From positions 26,412,001-26,476,000 of the forward strand of contig NC_043008.1 in NCBI RefSeq assembly GCF_006345805.1: DNA of 64,000 bases, given 5' to 3'. Both the position numbers and the translations under genes were made by a program. Below the pieces are notes generated by a model. That model made no database searches, was not told the DNA's origin, and saw nothing but the letters and a program-made list of their open reading frames with translations. This stretch comes from Octopus sinensis. Lineage: Eukaryota. The first letter of the stretch is position 1. Each line of letters begins with the position of its first letter. Positions 25,046-37,230 of this stretch are shown here, piece after piece.

Positions 25046-26501
25046 TTAAATATATATGTATGTATTTATTATGTTTGTGCTTGTGGGTGGGTACTCTGTA
25101 TTATAATTGAGTATCTCCAAATTTAGAAAATTGACATTGAGTTGAGTAAAAATATTAAACATGTGAATTTCTAAACTAATAAAGCAATGATTTATAATTG
25201 AAAATGTTCTTAATGAATAAAGATTCATGACAGGAAAATTATATAATCGCAGAATCTTACCACAAATAAGTTCCTGTCAAACACATGTTAAAGGGAAAAA
25301 CAAATTTTATACCAACAAATATGCATTTACAAATAAGTATATATACATATATGATGTCTTGGTGTGCATATGTGTGTGTGTATTTGTGTGAGTGAATTTT
25401 TGTGATTGTGTGAGTTTACTATAATTTGAAATGGTTTGTGGTGGGTTCAGCCTCACCCTATTGAGGCATCCCTGTGAGCTGTGTACTTAAAAGGGGATTA
25501 AAGATTCTTTAAGCAAGAAATCACCACTTACAGAATAAAAGTTATTGATTAGGGATTTACTGCTCACAGGAAGGATTGCACATTTTCCCACTACAAAATT
25601 AACAATAACCCGAACTATGATGGAATATGCGAGTCAACGACAACTATACAGATATGCAGTGAAGAATAAGATACTGCATTCTTGCTTCCTTGCATACAAT
25701 ATTGTACAAATGAATGCTTTCCCTTTACTTTATTCTTACATAATCCCTCTTCTGTCATCCTATCAACAAATTGCAAATAACTTATGTATGTTCATATGAA
25801 ATGCAGTAGCATGGAATATCAGGTGCTGCTTCTGCCTGCATTGAAGTTTTACCATGTGCTTCTTTAATGCATCAACCAGTGCAGACATCAAACATTCTCA
25901 AATTATCACTGCCTGGTCTTGTGTGATATATTGCACTTCCGTGTGTGGATACACACTGGGTGTTATATTACAGAATATGAAATACTTCTGAGTACCAGAA
26001 GTGTATGGAACATACATTATGCCTTTGAATTGTAGGTTTTTAGATGTGGATGTAGATGTTTCTGTGCTTGAATGAGATGTGGTCAAGGACTTTTAAAACA
26101 GTCTATCAGCAAATGCAACAAACAAATTAAATGTTGAATTATATCAAATGAATGAGAGTAATGTGGTCAGTACAAGTATAAGAGCATATGGTTTCTTAAA
26201 ACTGTATATTTATCTCATGACAGTTCCAAGCCACTTCAATCTTTAGGTGAGAACTGTTAGAAATTGGTTTTTGTGGTGTATTTATATGTGTTGGTGTAGA
26301 AGTTGTCTCAAGCTTCTATCTGTTCATTAGCTTGTATTAATAGCTGGTTGGCTATTAAACAGGCCTTGATCACAAAATACACAGACATTATACACACACT
26401 CTCACATTTGTACCTGAAAACCTACAATTCGAATAAGCAATGCATTTCAATCCATTATAGAAACAAAATTCTTTATATTCTTATGTGTATATGCATATAT
26501 T

Positions 26502-27405
26502 TACATGAGGGGGTACCCAAAAGCAAATGGAAATATTCTCTGTGAGATAAGTCTGTTGAGGTTCAGGTTTCTACCACTAGAAGTCACTTGATGTAACCCT
26601 CAGCATCAGTCTGCTGACTGGCATCATCATGTGAGGTTGTACTGCCACGTGATGCATCGTTGTTTTGCAGTGCTTCTCCCATGTTCATTGATTTTTGTGA
26701 TGGATTAAATGAAGGAACAGCTTGCTTCTGTGAAATTCTGTTTTCTGCTGGGCAACCGAAGCAGTTTACATGCTTTAAACAGCTTACAAGGACGGTGCCA
26801 TTAGCAAAACACAAGTTTATGAGTGGTTTTCCTGCTTTAGGATTAGTCATTTGTCGCTTGAAGACCAACCTTATTCAGGACAACTGTTGACCTCCTGAAC
26901 AAATCAAAACATCAGGAAAATTCCTGAACTGATCTTGGAGGACCATCACTGAACAATTCACAAACTTGTTGATATGACTGGTGTATCCTGGAGCTCTGGC
27001 AAACAAATTTTGAGTGAGGAGTTGTGAATGAAAAAAGTTTCAGCAAAATCTGTGCCTTGCTTGCTCAGGAAAGATCAAAAGCAGTCACGGCTGAATGCAT
27101 GTCAGGAACTGAAAGATCATTTGGAAGTTGACTTGGACCTTTTGTTGAAGGTTATCACTTGTGACCAAAGCTGGAGCTATGGAATTTGCAGATGTGGAAG
27201 AGGTGAAGAAAGAAACTGATGGCAGCATTAAAAGGTATCACTTAGCAAGAATTCCAGCATTGTTTCCAACAGTGGAAAACACGTCTGGATTGATGCATTG
27301 CTTCAAATGGAGAATACTCTGAAGGCAATAAAAATGTAAACATGTAAAACTAGGTGAATAAAATAACATTGCAAAATTCTGATTTCTTTTGGGTACCCCC
27401 TTGTA
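26502..27405 (+). mobile_element. Mariner-family DNA transposon, internally deleted (same family as 13407-14249)
   Basis: TA-flanked TIRs GAGGGGGTACCCAAAAG / CTTTTGGGTACCCCCTTG; VKFCFLLG, AKSVPCLLRKDQKQSRL, VITCDQSWSY, then C-terminal FQQWKTRL..CIASNGEYSEG. Confidence 0.88.
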
Positions 27406-28199
27406 TATGCACAGTAGGCTATATTCATAAATAGTCTAGTCATAACCAATCAGTTATAATATGCACACATCAATAAGTATATACAATCTAGAAGTTCATA
27501 TAGGACACATGCACTCACACAGAAAACAAAATACCCTAAAACATGCTCTAATTTAAATAAACACAAATAATTTCTAAAAGCCATGCCAGAAATTCACAGC
27601 TTTGAAATATGTTTTTCAATAAAACCAACATTAATAATTTTCACAGACAAACTCACTCACAAACATCTTTAAAAAGTTTCTGACAACATTTGCCAGCACA
27701 CTACCATAATCCCCCCCCCCCCACTAAATACAACAAAACAAACTTAACAAAATAACTGCCTTAACTAAATTAATTGATACAGCTAGAAAGAATTAGCAAA
27801 TTAAAAATGCATCTCATCATCATAAACAAAAAGGAAAAGATGTACAGACTAAAAAATAATAGCAAATGCAAAATGCAAAGCAATTAATAGATATAAACAT
27901 AAGCATGATACTATATCTATACAAACAACTATAAATATTCCACCTAAACAGAGTTGTAACCATTCACACCTGAAGATCACAATGGGATGAGAATTGACTT
28001 GCAAGTTAAAAATTTGGTTTCAATAAACTACACATGCATGCACTTACAACTAGGAAAGAAAATTAGTTGAAGTAAAACAAAACAATGGCATTCTTTCCTT
28101 GTACAATATCTAGTGAGTTTTGTTTATGGAGTCATGTATCTTCTCACTGTGCCCAACTTATCTCAGTAGATTGAAAATTAAATTTAGATGAAAACGATT

Positions 28200-28560
28200 C
28201 TGTCAAAGGGTAGCAAATATCACAGGTTTCAAAAGTTGTTGATAGAAAAATATTGAGATTCCATTTAATATTTGGAAATCTCTATTGCTCTTGAAGATGA
28301 AGTAACAAGCTCCACAAGAAGAGTGGAGTTTGGGATATTAATTAAGGATATGAATTGCTGCAACAGAACTTGTCACAGTGGCATCCAAAAGTAGATAGTC
28401 ATCTCTATAAGGATATTAAGTCATAACATCCAGAACAGATAAGATATTGACTGACGAAAATGCTCTCATTATCCTGTTGATCTCAAAGTGTTGTAGAATC
28501 ATACCAGCATTTAAGTGGTGGGTAATCACAAGCAGTCAATAAACTTTCCACAATGTTTGC
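28200..28560 (-). mobile_element. Possible highly decayed APE-type LINE endonuclease fragment (L2/CR1-like)
   Basis: Minus strand LLQQFISLINIPNSTLLVELVTSS resembles the L.Q.V..PT...LDL.LTS motif; weak. Confidence 0.3.
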
Positions 28561-28939
28561 ATGGAACACAAATATCAATGCCCACTTTTAGTGTGACTAC
28601 TATTTGTTGCTATTCAGCAAATTACCAACATTTTCAATTGACAGGGTATTAATCCATGCAAGTGAATGTTTGCCCTGTGCAGTTTATGAAGGAGCCTGAG
28701 TAAATTGATTACAATTCCTTGACAAACTGCCAAGTGTTTTATTCTATTCTTGTTGCCTGCCTTACTTCAAGGCCTGTTCTGCTTTAGATAAGTTAATTCA
28801 CAGTGCAGGTCACAGCGTTTTCCACAATTTAAAATGTAAGAAGAAACAGGCAATTTTAATTCTCACAGTATGATTAAATTGTATATTTATTAAGAAAGGC
28901 AACCTTACATTTCCTTATACCTACATACATATATACACA

Positions 28940-29070
<131 letters not shown>

Positions 29071-29072
29071 TT

Positions 29073-29443
29073 AAGGTGTGACGGTGTAAGAAGTTTGCTT
29101 CCCAACTACATGGTTCTTGGTTCAGCCCCACTGCATGGTACTTTGGGCAAGTGTTCCCTTCAAAAGCTTCAGGCCAACCAAAACCATGAGAGTAGATTTG
29201 GTAGACAGAAACTTGAAGAAACCTGTCATGTATGTGTGTGTTAGTGTGTGTGTGTGTGTGTGTGTGTGTATCTGTGTTTGTCTCCGGTCACCACTTGATA
29301 ACCAGTAACTTAGACTGATAGAATAAGTACCAAGCTTTAGAAATAAGTAAGTACTGGGGTCAATTCATTTAACTAAAATCTTTCAAGGTGGTGTCCCAGC
29401 ATAGCCATAGTCTCATGACTGAGACATGTAAAATATAAAAGAT
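29073..29443 (+). mobile_element. SINE family A
   Basis: Head, (GT)n, internally shortened 3' domain and tail. Confidence 0.85.
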
Positions 29444-29480
29444 AGATATATATACATGTGTTTATATCTTTTATATATAC

Positions 29481-29990
29481 ACTAGCACTATGACCCGGCA
29501 ACGCTGAGTCATAGTGGTAGTGCATGCATATACAGCTGCATGCGTGCACACATACACGCGAGTACTGTCCAAATCTCCGACCAATCACATACAGCTAGCT
29601 GGCATTCAATTAGCGTATCAAGTTTTGATTGGGTTTTGGATAGAAAATTCACAAAAAAGTCACTTCTATAGATATTTCAATGGCTTTGCGGGATGACTAG
29701 GGAAATGTAAAGATGTGCACGACCAGTATATAATGCAGATTTCTCATCAGGAAAATCAAGGAACTTATGTCGACATCAAAAGGCACAAAAAACTTTTAGC
29801 TGACCGCTCTCAAGGAGCCCATGGCGATAATGAGTGTCTCTTCATAATGAGTGACATCAGAGTGGCTGAATGTAGAAGAATCTAGAAGTTTCTAAAGGTT
29901 TAAGAGAGCGGTCAGCTAAAAGTGCATACTCCTTATTCCTTCGGAATTAGGAATATGCAGCCTTCGAAACAAATGTCGAGAATAAAGGAT
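29481..29990 (+). mobile_element. Helitron/Helentron-like non-autonomous element
   Basis: Begins ACTAG followed by a GC-rich hairpin CACTATGAC/GTCATAGTG (29486-29516); perfect internal 20 bp inverted repeat at 29792-29811 and 29904-29923. Class is inferred; 3' end uncertain. Confidence 0.45.
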
Positions 29991-30139
29991 ATTTGTTAAC
30001 TAGTCGTTCAACTCCATTCTTTCATATACTTATAATTTTTAAATAAACATACAAATTTCCGCACGAAGACACGTAGTCTATGCACTAGGGACATAGCTTC
30101 AACTGTGTTCTTTCTGATGTGAATTTGCTACCCAGGTAT

Positions 30140-30185
30140 CGGTTATCTTTCGAATTATCCTTAATAAGATAATTCATTCAATTAC
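30140..30185 (-). ncRNA. Heavily decayed HHR relic related to 51668-51778
   Basis: Minus strand: TTGAAT-GAATTATCTT/AGGATAATTC-GAAA-GA-TAACCG. Shares the GAATT/AATTC stem II base, the ATTAAGG loop and the TAACCG stem I strand; stem III is deleted. Confidence 0.35.
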
Positions 30186-30229
30186 TCAAATATATATATA
30201 TATATTTATATATATTTATAGGATATTCT

Positions 30230-32050
30230 ACAAACAATATCCCTATACCTTCTAATGAGGTCTACATGAAAACGTTACTGGAGAAAATGATAAACCTTAT
30301 AAGGAGTATGAGATGGAAGGCGTTTTTCTATGATCAAAGCATGCCACCTTCTGAGGCTAATACATAAGGAATTTCTCACCAAGAACCAAGGAACCCAAGG
30401 CCTTTGAAGCATAATACCCAGGCTGAAATTCCATAATTCCTTTTCCTCTTTGCTAAGCAAACTCCGTGAAGATATACATGAAATAAAATCTCTATCTGGC
30501 CCATACATACACTTATAACAGGCTTTTAAATGATTCAATCACACAAAAATACAGACATGCTTCCCTACACACTTACAATAGCATTAACTGTGAGGCTAGA
30601 ACAAATAGCAATTAATCTAGATATAGCAGACAGAGTAGAGATCATGGTCAAGTGAAATGCTTTTATAACTCAGAAAGATCACAAGCTGAATTTTGCATCT
30701 AGTCCCAAATGCTGCCTGATCAACCTGGCCAAGTCTGATATTGGCCAGGCGAATAAGTATATACTGAGGAGGATTAATGATGACATAAGTAGACATGCGA
30801 GCCTCCCTCTATGGTGCAGCACCAATGAAGAAACCTCATGATTCATTGCCAACTGGGACAGAGGCAGGGCTAGATTTACACAGTTCAACATTGTTGACTT
30901 TTATCCATCTATTTCTAAAGAGTTATTATTGAAGACACTTTCTTTTGCCAAGGGCTTCACAGATATTAATGATAGTGATGTTAGAGATATCATGCATGCC
31001 AGGAAGATGGTGCTGTTTAGCAAAGATTCAGCTTGGGTCAAGCAATCTGACCCTGAGGGCTCCTTTGATATAGCTATGAGAGCATATGACTGTACTGATG
31101 TCTGTGATCTTATCGGATTGTACATCCTGGACAGCTTAGGGAAGGGGTTTACTTCAGTCCTCTTTGGCCTCTACAGAGATGACACCCTAGCCAGCTCTAG
31201 AGGAGCCAATGGCCACATGTTAGACTTAAAAAGGACCTAATTAGCACCTTAGGCTCAATGGGTCTCAAGATCATCATTGAGACTAATCTCACCACAGCAG
31301 AATTTTTAGATGTTACTTTAGATCTGGACTCTGGTACATACAGGCCCTATCACAAACCAAATGAGGGACTGTCTTATATTAGCGCAGCCTCCTGTCCTCT
31401 CCTTGTTTTCAAGAACCTAGTAAAAGGTGTCAGCAAGAGGATTTCGAATCTATCATTGAGTCAAGATATCTTCGATGCTGCTACCTCCTACTACAATGAG
31501 GTACTGACATCGAGTGGGTTTAAGGACTGCATCACCTAGAGACCTGACCCTAGCACCCAGAAAAGGAAGAGCTGCAAAAATGCCGTGCCTGGAAATAATG
31601 ACCTATCCAGAACCAGCAGCTTGGAGGAGATATCTGCCATCCCCAGCTCTTCTACCTCAAATGAGGACCAAACATTCACCTTTGACACCGATGGGATGAC
31701 CATCCCTGTGTCATATGTTACCAGGAGTGCTAATAGGACCACATTTCATGTACATAAACATACTGGTTCAGCGAGTACTTCGGTCAAGAAACATTTTCTT
31801 AACCACTAGACATCCTTCAAAGTCCCATAAAGATGGTTTGTCACATCCCTGGTCCACTATGTGTGGCACCTCAAAGATCAAGGGAACCAGTGTGATGTAA
31901 GGTAGAAATTAATTGATTTTTTGGGCCCATATATTAATGGAAGTGGCCATTGCAAGATCTGCATTGCAGACAGAACCAAAATTCTTAAGGACTTTGAGAA
32001 GCCTGGTGCATTCAACAACCGCAAAGAAATATTTTACTTATTCATGTTTT
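30230..32050 (+). mobile_element. Naiad-like Penelope-like element (RT plus GIY-YIG), decayed, linker partly deleted
   Basis: MRWKAFFY, FITQKDHK..F...PKC.LIN.AKSDIG, QFNIVDFYPSI, FDIAMRAYDCTDVCDLIGLYIL, GLYRDDT, FLDVTLDL, HYVWHLKD, C-terminal CKICIAD...NNRKEI. Confidence 0.85.
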
Positions 32051-32116
32051 TACATATTCCTCGAGTTCTGAGCATTTCCCCACGTCTGTGACATAGGTAT
32101 TTAAAAATTTTTATTT

Positions 32117-32184
32117 GTGTAGAGTCTGATGAGATGTCGACAAACTTTGGGTTTATGGGCATGAAACCTTGGGTAACTCTATAT
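32117..32184 (+). ncRNA. Type I hammerhead ribozyme with intact catalytic core at the PLE 3' end
   Basis: GTGTAGAGT-CTGATGA (32126-32132)-G-ATGTC...GGCAT-GAAA (32163-32166)-CCTTGGG-T-A (32175)-ACTCTATAT. Stem I 9 bp (2 GU), extended stem II, stem III ACC/GGT, GUA triplet. Confidence 0.85.
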
Positions 32185-32189
32185 AAAAT

Positions 32190-32198
32190 TTTATATAT

Positions 32199-32264
<66 letters not shown>

Positions 32265-32475
32265 CACACACACACATATATATACATATATATATACATA
32301 CACACACACATATATATATACACACACACATATATATATATATACACACACATACGCAGAGTATATATCTATGTTATGCACACACACACACATATATATA
32401 TATATACATGTATAAAGGCAAACACTCATAAGTACACACATACATGCATGCACACATGCACATACACACACACAT
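32190..32475. repeat. (AT)n/(AC)n microsatellite complex
   Basis: Directly visible, immediately after the HHR. Confidence 0.97.
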
Positions 32476-32739
32476 GAGCATCCTTTGTATCATGGAAAAC
32501 AGCCAAATTTCTTCACTTATGTATAACCAACAATATTACAGCACGTAATTCTTAAGTAAATATGCTCAAAACTGAAACCATGATATCTATATATGTTTTT
32601 AAATAATTTTTAGAAATAATGATGTGGTACTTTAATATTCTTGATTTCTCATCAATGTTCAGTTTTCATTTTCTACAAAATTTTCTTGCTTACAGTCACC
32701 TAATTTAACATAGTAAGTTTATTCATTCCTTCTACAAGT

Positions 32740-33070
32740 ATTTGTTATTTTCCTTTCCTATTAACTATACTGCAAACACATACCCTCATCCTTCTACAAT
32801 CACTGGTTTTGTAAGTGCACCATTTCAACTGATCTTGCCTTTCATTTCCTTTGACATTCTCGCCACCATATATCTGCTCCCTCCTTTATTTCTTCTTGCT
32901 TGTGCACTCTCCACTTCAACTAATCTTAGTCTCACTGCTTGTTTTAATCAATCTGACTATTTCATTCTGTCACCAATTTATTTTATGATTTCCATTCTTG
33001 TGTTCGAAGTAATAAGATGGCTACTTTTTTGCTGATGCAGAATATAATTTCTTTCCCCATATTCTACTGT
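32740..33070 (-). mobile_element. Possible decayed RTE endonuclease fragment
   Basis: Minus strand GERN...LITSNT...SQID motif order; weak. Confidence 0.3.
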
Positions 33071-33803
33071 TTTACTGTTTGCTGTGGTTTTATTGTCTAT
33101 TGTTGCTGCTGTTGGATGAAACTGAAAAAAAAGAAGAAAAATACAGCATTGTGTATTATATTTATTCAAGGTGACTGGAAGGAGGCAATCAAATAAATCG
33201 CAGTTAACTGTAAAGAACATGGCTAAAGATTTTGCAGCTTATAGAGAAATGTCAGGTTTTTACTGATAATAGTCATATTGAGAACATGACATAAAAATTA
33301 CAGGAGGAGTTCATAATGAGTTCTGTTCCTCCTCCGAGCTTTACAAAAATATCGTGCATCATAAATGTCAACAACTTTGGTATGTTCTGGAGCAGATGCT
33401 GATGGTAATTATCAGAAGAGAAAATAGTGTCTGTCTTTTCTATTAACTACCATCACACAGCAGTCAGCATCTTTTGAGGTCAGTATATTGCCATACAGCA
33501 CCATATTCATATTTTTCCCTCACACAATTCTCTTCAAAATGTTTTTTGTGCATATACTATACTGTTTTCTTTAAAAATTATTTTTTTAGGAATAAAAGTG
33601 GTTGTTGCACATGTTTTTGTTTTCTGGTTCGTTTTTGTTTTAAACAATTCTGTTGGAACAAATCATAATTAATAACATGGAAGTCAATAGGAAAATCGGT
33701 TTTACATTACAAAATTCTGAGTTATGGCAAGATTTTCAGGAAGGCAAAGACTCTGAAATGTAAAGGACTGCATGTATGCACACACATACACTGCATGCAT
33801 ACA

Positions 33804-33844
<41 letters not shown>

Positions 33845-34239
33845 ACACACACACACACACTTCTGTGTGCCCATGAACACATATGATCTGGGAAATAAAA
33901 CAACAGATATGAAATGAAATGATTCACTAAAAAATGTAAAGTTTAATATTATTAAACAGAATCACTGTAACTTCAGTCTTGTTGAAGGTGGCTTTTTGAA
34001 ACTGTGGGAATGATATGAAATCTGAGAGCATATATGATTGCAAATGGCTGTAAATAGAAGGAAGGGACTGTACAAGTAGAAAGATATGATAGGTGGTTAT
34101 GAATTTAGGAAACGTGAGCCAAGATCATCATAAAATCAATGATGCAATATTCAGCAGTTTTAAAAAATAAATAAATTTCTAACCCGTTAAAACAAGATAA
34201 GGTTCTGATAGGAATAGTTTTCAATATTAAAGGAAGTAC

Positions 34240-34440
34240 AAGGCAGTGAGCAGGCAGAATTGTTATATGTCAGGCAAAATGCTTAGTGGCATTGTGTCCG
34301 ACTTTATATTCTGAGTTCAAATTCCACTGAGGTTAACTTTGCCTTTCATCCTTTTGGAGTCGATGAAATAAGTAGAAGCTGAGCATTGGGGGTTGATCTA
34401 ATCAACTTACCACCTCCCACAAAACTGCTGGCCTCGTGAT
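34240..34440 (+). mobile_element. SINE family B (Nin-like domain)
   Basis: TTCTGAGTTCAAATTCCACTGAGGTTAACTTTGCCTTTCATCCTTTTGGAGTCGATGAAATAAGTA...GGGGTTGATCTAATCAAC. Confidence 0.75.
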
Positions 34441-35904
34441 TTTCAATGTAAATTTACATATGTTATATCATACTTTCATACTGTGTTGACTGGGTTCTCT
34501 GCTGACATGCCTCTCATATTAAATAAACAGTTATATGTTTTCACTAAGCAAATTAATAGCTCCATTTCTTTGAAACTACTACAATTGATGTGTATATGAA
34601 CGGACTGGCAGCTTGTTTTCTGGGATTAGTCAAATGATGTAGACATCTCTGATGAAACTCTGATAAGAATAAAAAATTTATCAGAGCTGTTCATTACTTT
34701 TCAATCTACAGGGAAATAAGTAACTTTGACAAGTTTGTAGGTTTTTCATATGTAATATTTAAACTGTATGAAATGATAGATATATAGAAATACTGTTACT
34801 GTTATCAGTTACTGTTGGGTCATTCTTGTTTAAACATGCAGCCTCTTGCATTCAACTTAGCCAATGACAGTACAATAAACAGCCCAATAACTGGTGACCA
34901 AAGCAGGTAATTAACAAAATTACATAATAGATGGTAAACTAGATATAAAGATCAATAATAAAAATGAGAAGATAAAGGTTTAGGATTCATTAGAAAATAA
35001 GACTGGAAATCGAACTGCTAAATTTTGTATAATAACACCTTCAACATATTATGAACAGTATGCTTAATAGTAGGAATATATAAAGTATTTACTGTTTAAT
35101 ATTTTAAATAAACAGTCTAAAAATGTAGGGAAATATATATATATATATATTATCTAATTGCCAATGTTTGTCTTATTAAAGATTGCAAAGTTAAGGCTGT
35201 TTACATGTACTTTGATTAAAACTTTATCTAGTTTTACAGTAACAAAAAAAATGTAAACCTTTGAATCTATAACAATTGTCTTGCAGCATTTAGAGAAATA
35301 GGGCTACACAGTAGAATGATTATATGCTACACGCGACAATTATATAATAAACACAATGAATTGAAAATGCTAATAGGTATTTACTGTGAAACAGAAGGCC
35401 ATTAAGATGATAGCAGTATTTATGTAAAGGGTTGGTATACGGTTTAGAAGGAAAAGTTAACATTTGACAACCTTCTAAGATAATAAGGTTAAACAACTAC
35501 TTTTTAAATAGAATAAACATGTACACAAAAATGAAAGGAGGAAGAAAACAAATTACAACTGAGAGATATAAAATAAAGGGACATACACTCACATACACAA
35601 AATATTTATACACTTAAACATACATACATGCATACACATATGTATACATATACACAGATATGAAATATATATATATATGTATACATGCATACAGGTGTGT
35701 GTGTCTGTTTGCACAAAGCAATAGGCATATCTTCTGTAGCATCACATATTGCTTGTGAAGCTTGAGTTTACAACATATATATAAATAAGTTCAGTAAAAT
35801 TCAAATTCAGTTGAATATGGTACTTAGGTTAAAGGCACCAGAATTTAGTATGGTATTATCCATATAATTCAAAATGGGGTGATTATAATCAGAATAAGCA
35901 AGAA

Positions 35905-35990
35905 GGATATCCTGAGTGTTATACTAATACATCTGTTTGGCTTCTACACCACCTGTCTTCGTCTTTTGTTCTTTTCATGAATTCTCCCCC
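35905..35990 (+). repeat. Fragment of the repeat family also at 48375-48600 (minus)
   Basis: TCCTGAGTGTTATACTAATACATCTGTTTG...CTGTCTTCGTCTTTTGTT...GAATTCTCCCCCATATAT matches the reverse complement of ~48375-48465. Confidence 0.8.
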
Positions 35991-36156
35991 ATATATCACA
36001 TGCTCATGTGGTCGCACCAATTGATCCTGTCACCTCTTATCACACACAAACTTCTCCACTGGACCTTCTACCTTTCTACCCTATACGGATTCTCTTTTGG
36101 ACATTTTACCCTCCGGCTGCACCTCTCCTACCTATGGATTACTGCGGACTCTACTT

Positions 36157-36188
<32 letters not shown>

Positions 36189-37020
36189 TATATATATATA
36201 TATACACATACACATACACACACACACATGTAGAGAGAGAATCTTGACTAAAAGAATATCATAAAAGTATATCCAATAAATATATTCATATATACATGTG
36301 TGTGTGTGTGTGTGAGTGAGTTAGGGTATATATTTTATGAATGAGGTTAGATGACTTATTAATAATAATTAGGATAAAATTTAATTGATTACATTAACAA
36401 CATTCATCTGAATAGCCCACTCACACGAAGGTACTAAGATTTTCCTTAACAAGCAAAACACCATAAAGTTAACTACAAAGAATAAAACTAATGTTAGTAA
36501 ATGGAATATTATCTTGAAGTAGTTATTCTAACAAGTGAAATATTAGGGTGATTAAGAACATGAATAGAGACTTAGATTTACATACATCATTGATTGCTTG
36601 CATGCAAAAAGTCTTCAAATTTTATCCCTCATAGTCATAAATGAGAATTGATGCTCTTTATTGTAAGGAACTTTATTTGTATCACAACATTAACGTCAGT
36701 GGATTGTGGCATGGATCAATACAGCAAGGAAGGAATACAGTAATAATGCAGCAAGTATTAAGAAGCAGTAGACTGCTAATATAAAAATCATAGGTTAAGA
36801 TGAGAGTGGTTCAATGTTCAGGGGCAGCATTGGCATATTGTTTTAACAAGTCACGGATGGATATACAAATCTATTGATTAAACTATAGAATTGGAATGGA
36901 GAACTGTTTTTTTTGTACCAAGAGTGAATTGCAAGTACTAATGGACCTGTGGAAATGCTTCTATACTGAAAAGAATAATTTATTTTTAATTTTACAAATG
37001 AATAGGTATATAAGTTACAT

Positions 37021-37230
37021 TACAAGGGGATGTTGAGAAGTTCCTGACTTTGGGCAACACAAAACACAGAAGGCTCATTTAATTATGATTTTATCCAACA
37101 TATTCTCCTCTCAGATTCACACACTTATTGCAGTGATCCTTCAGTTTTCCTAAGCCCTGTAAAAGAAATTGGAAATTTGGTCCTCCACCCAAATCTTTCA
37201 TGGTACCCTTAAAGCCAGCAGCCCCTTGTA
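37021..37230. mobile_element. Mariner-like MITE (~210 bp)
   Basis: TA-CAAGGGGATGTTGAGAAGTTCCTG ... partially deleted AAAGCCAGCAGCCCCTTG-TA. Confidence 0.6.
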
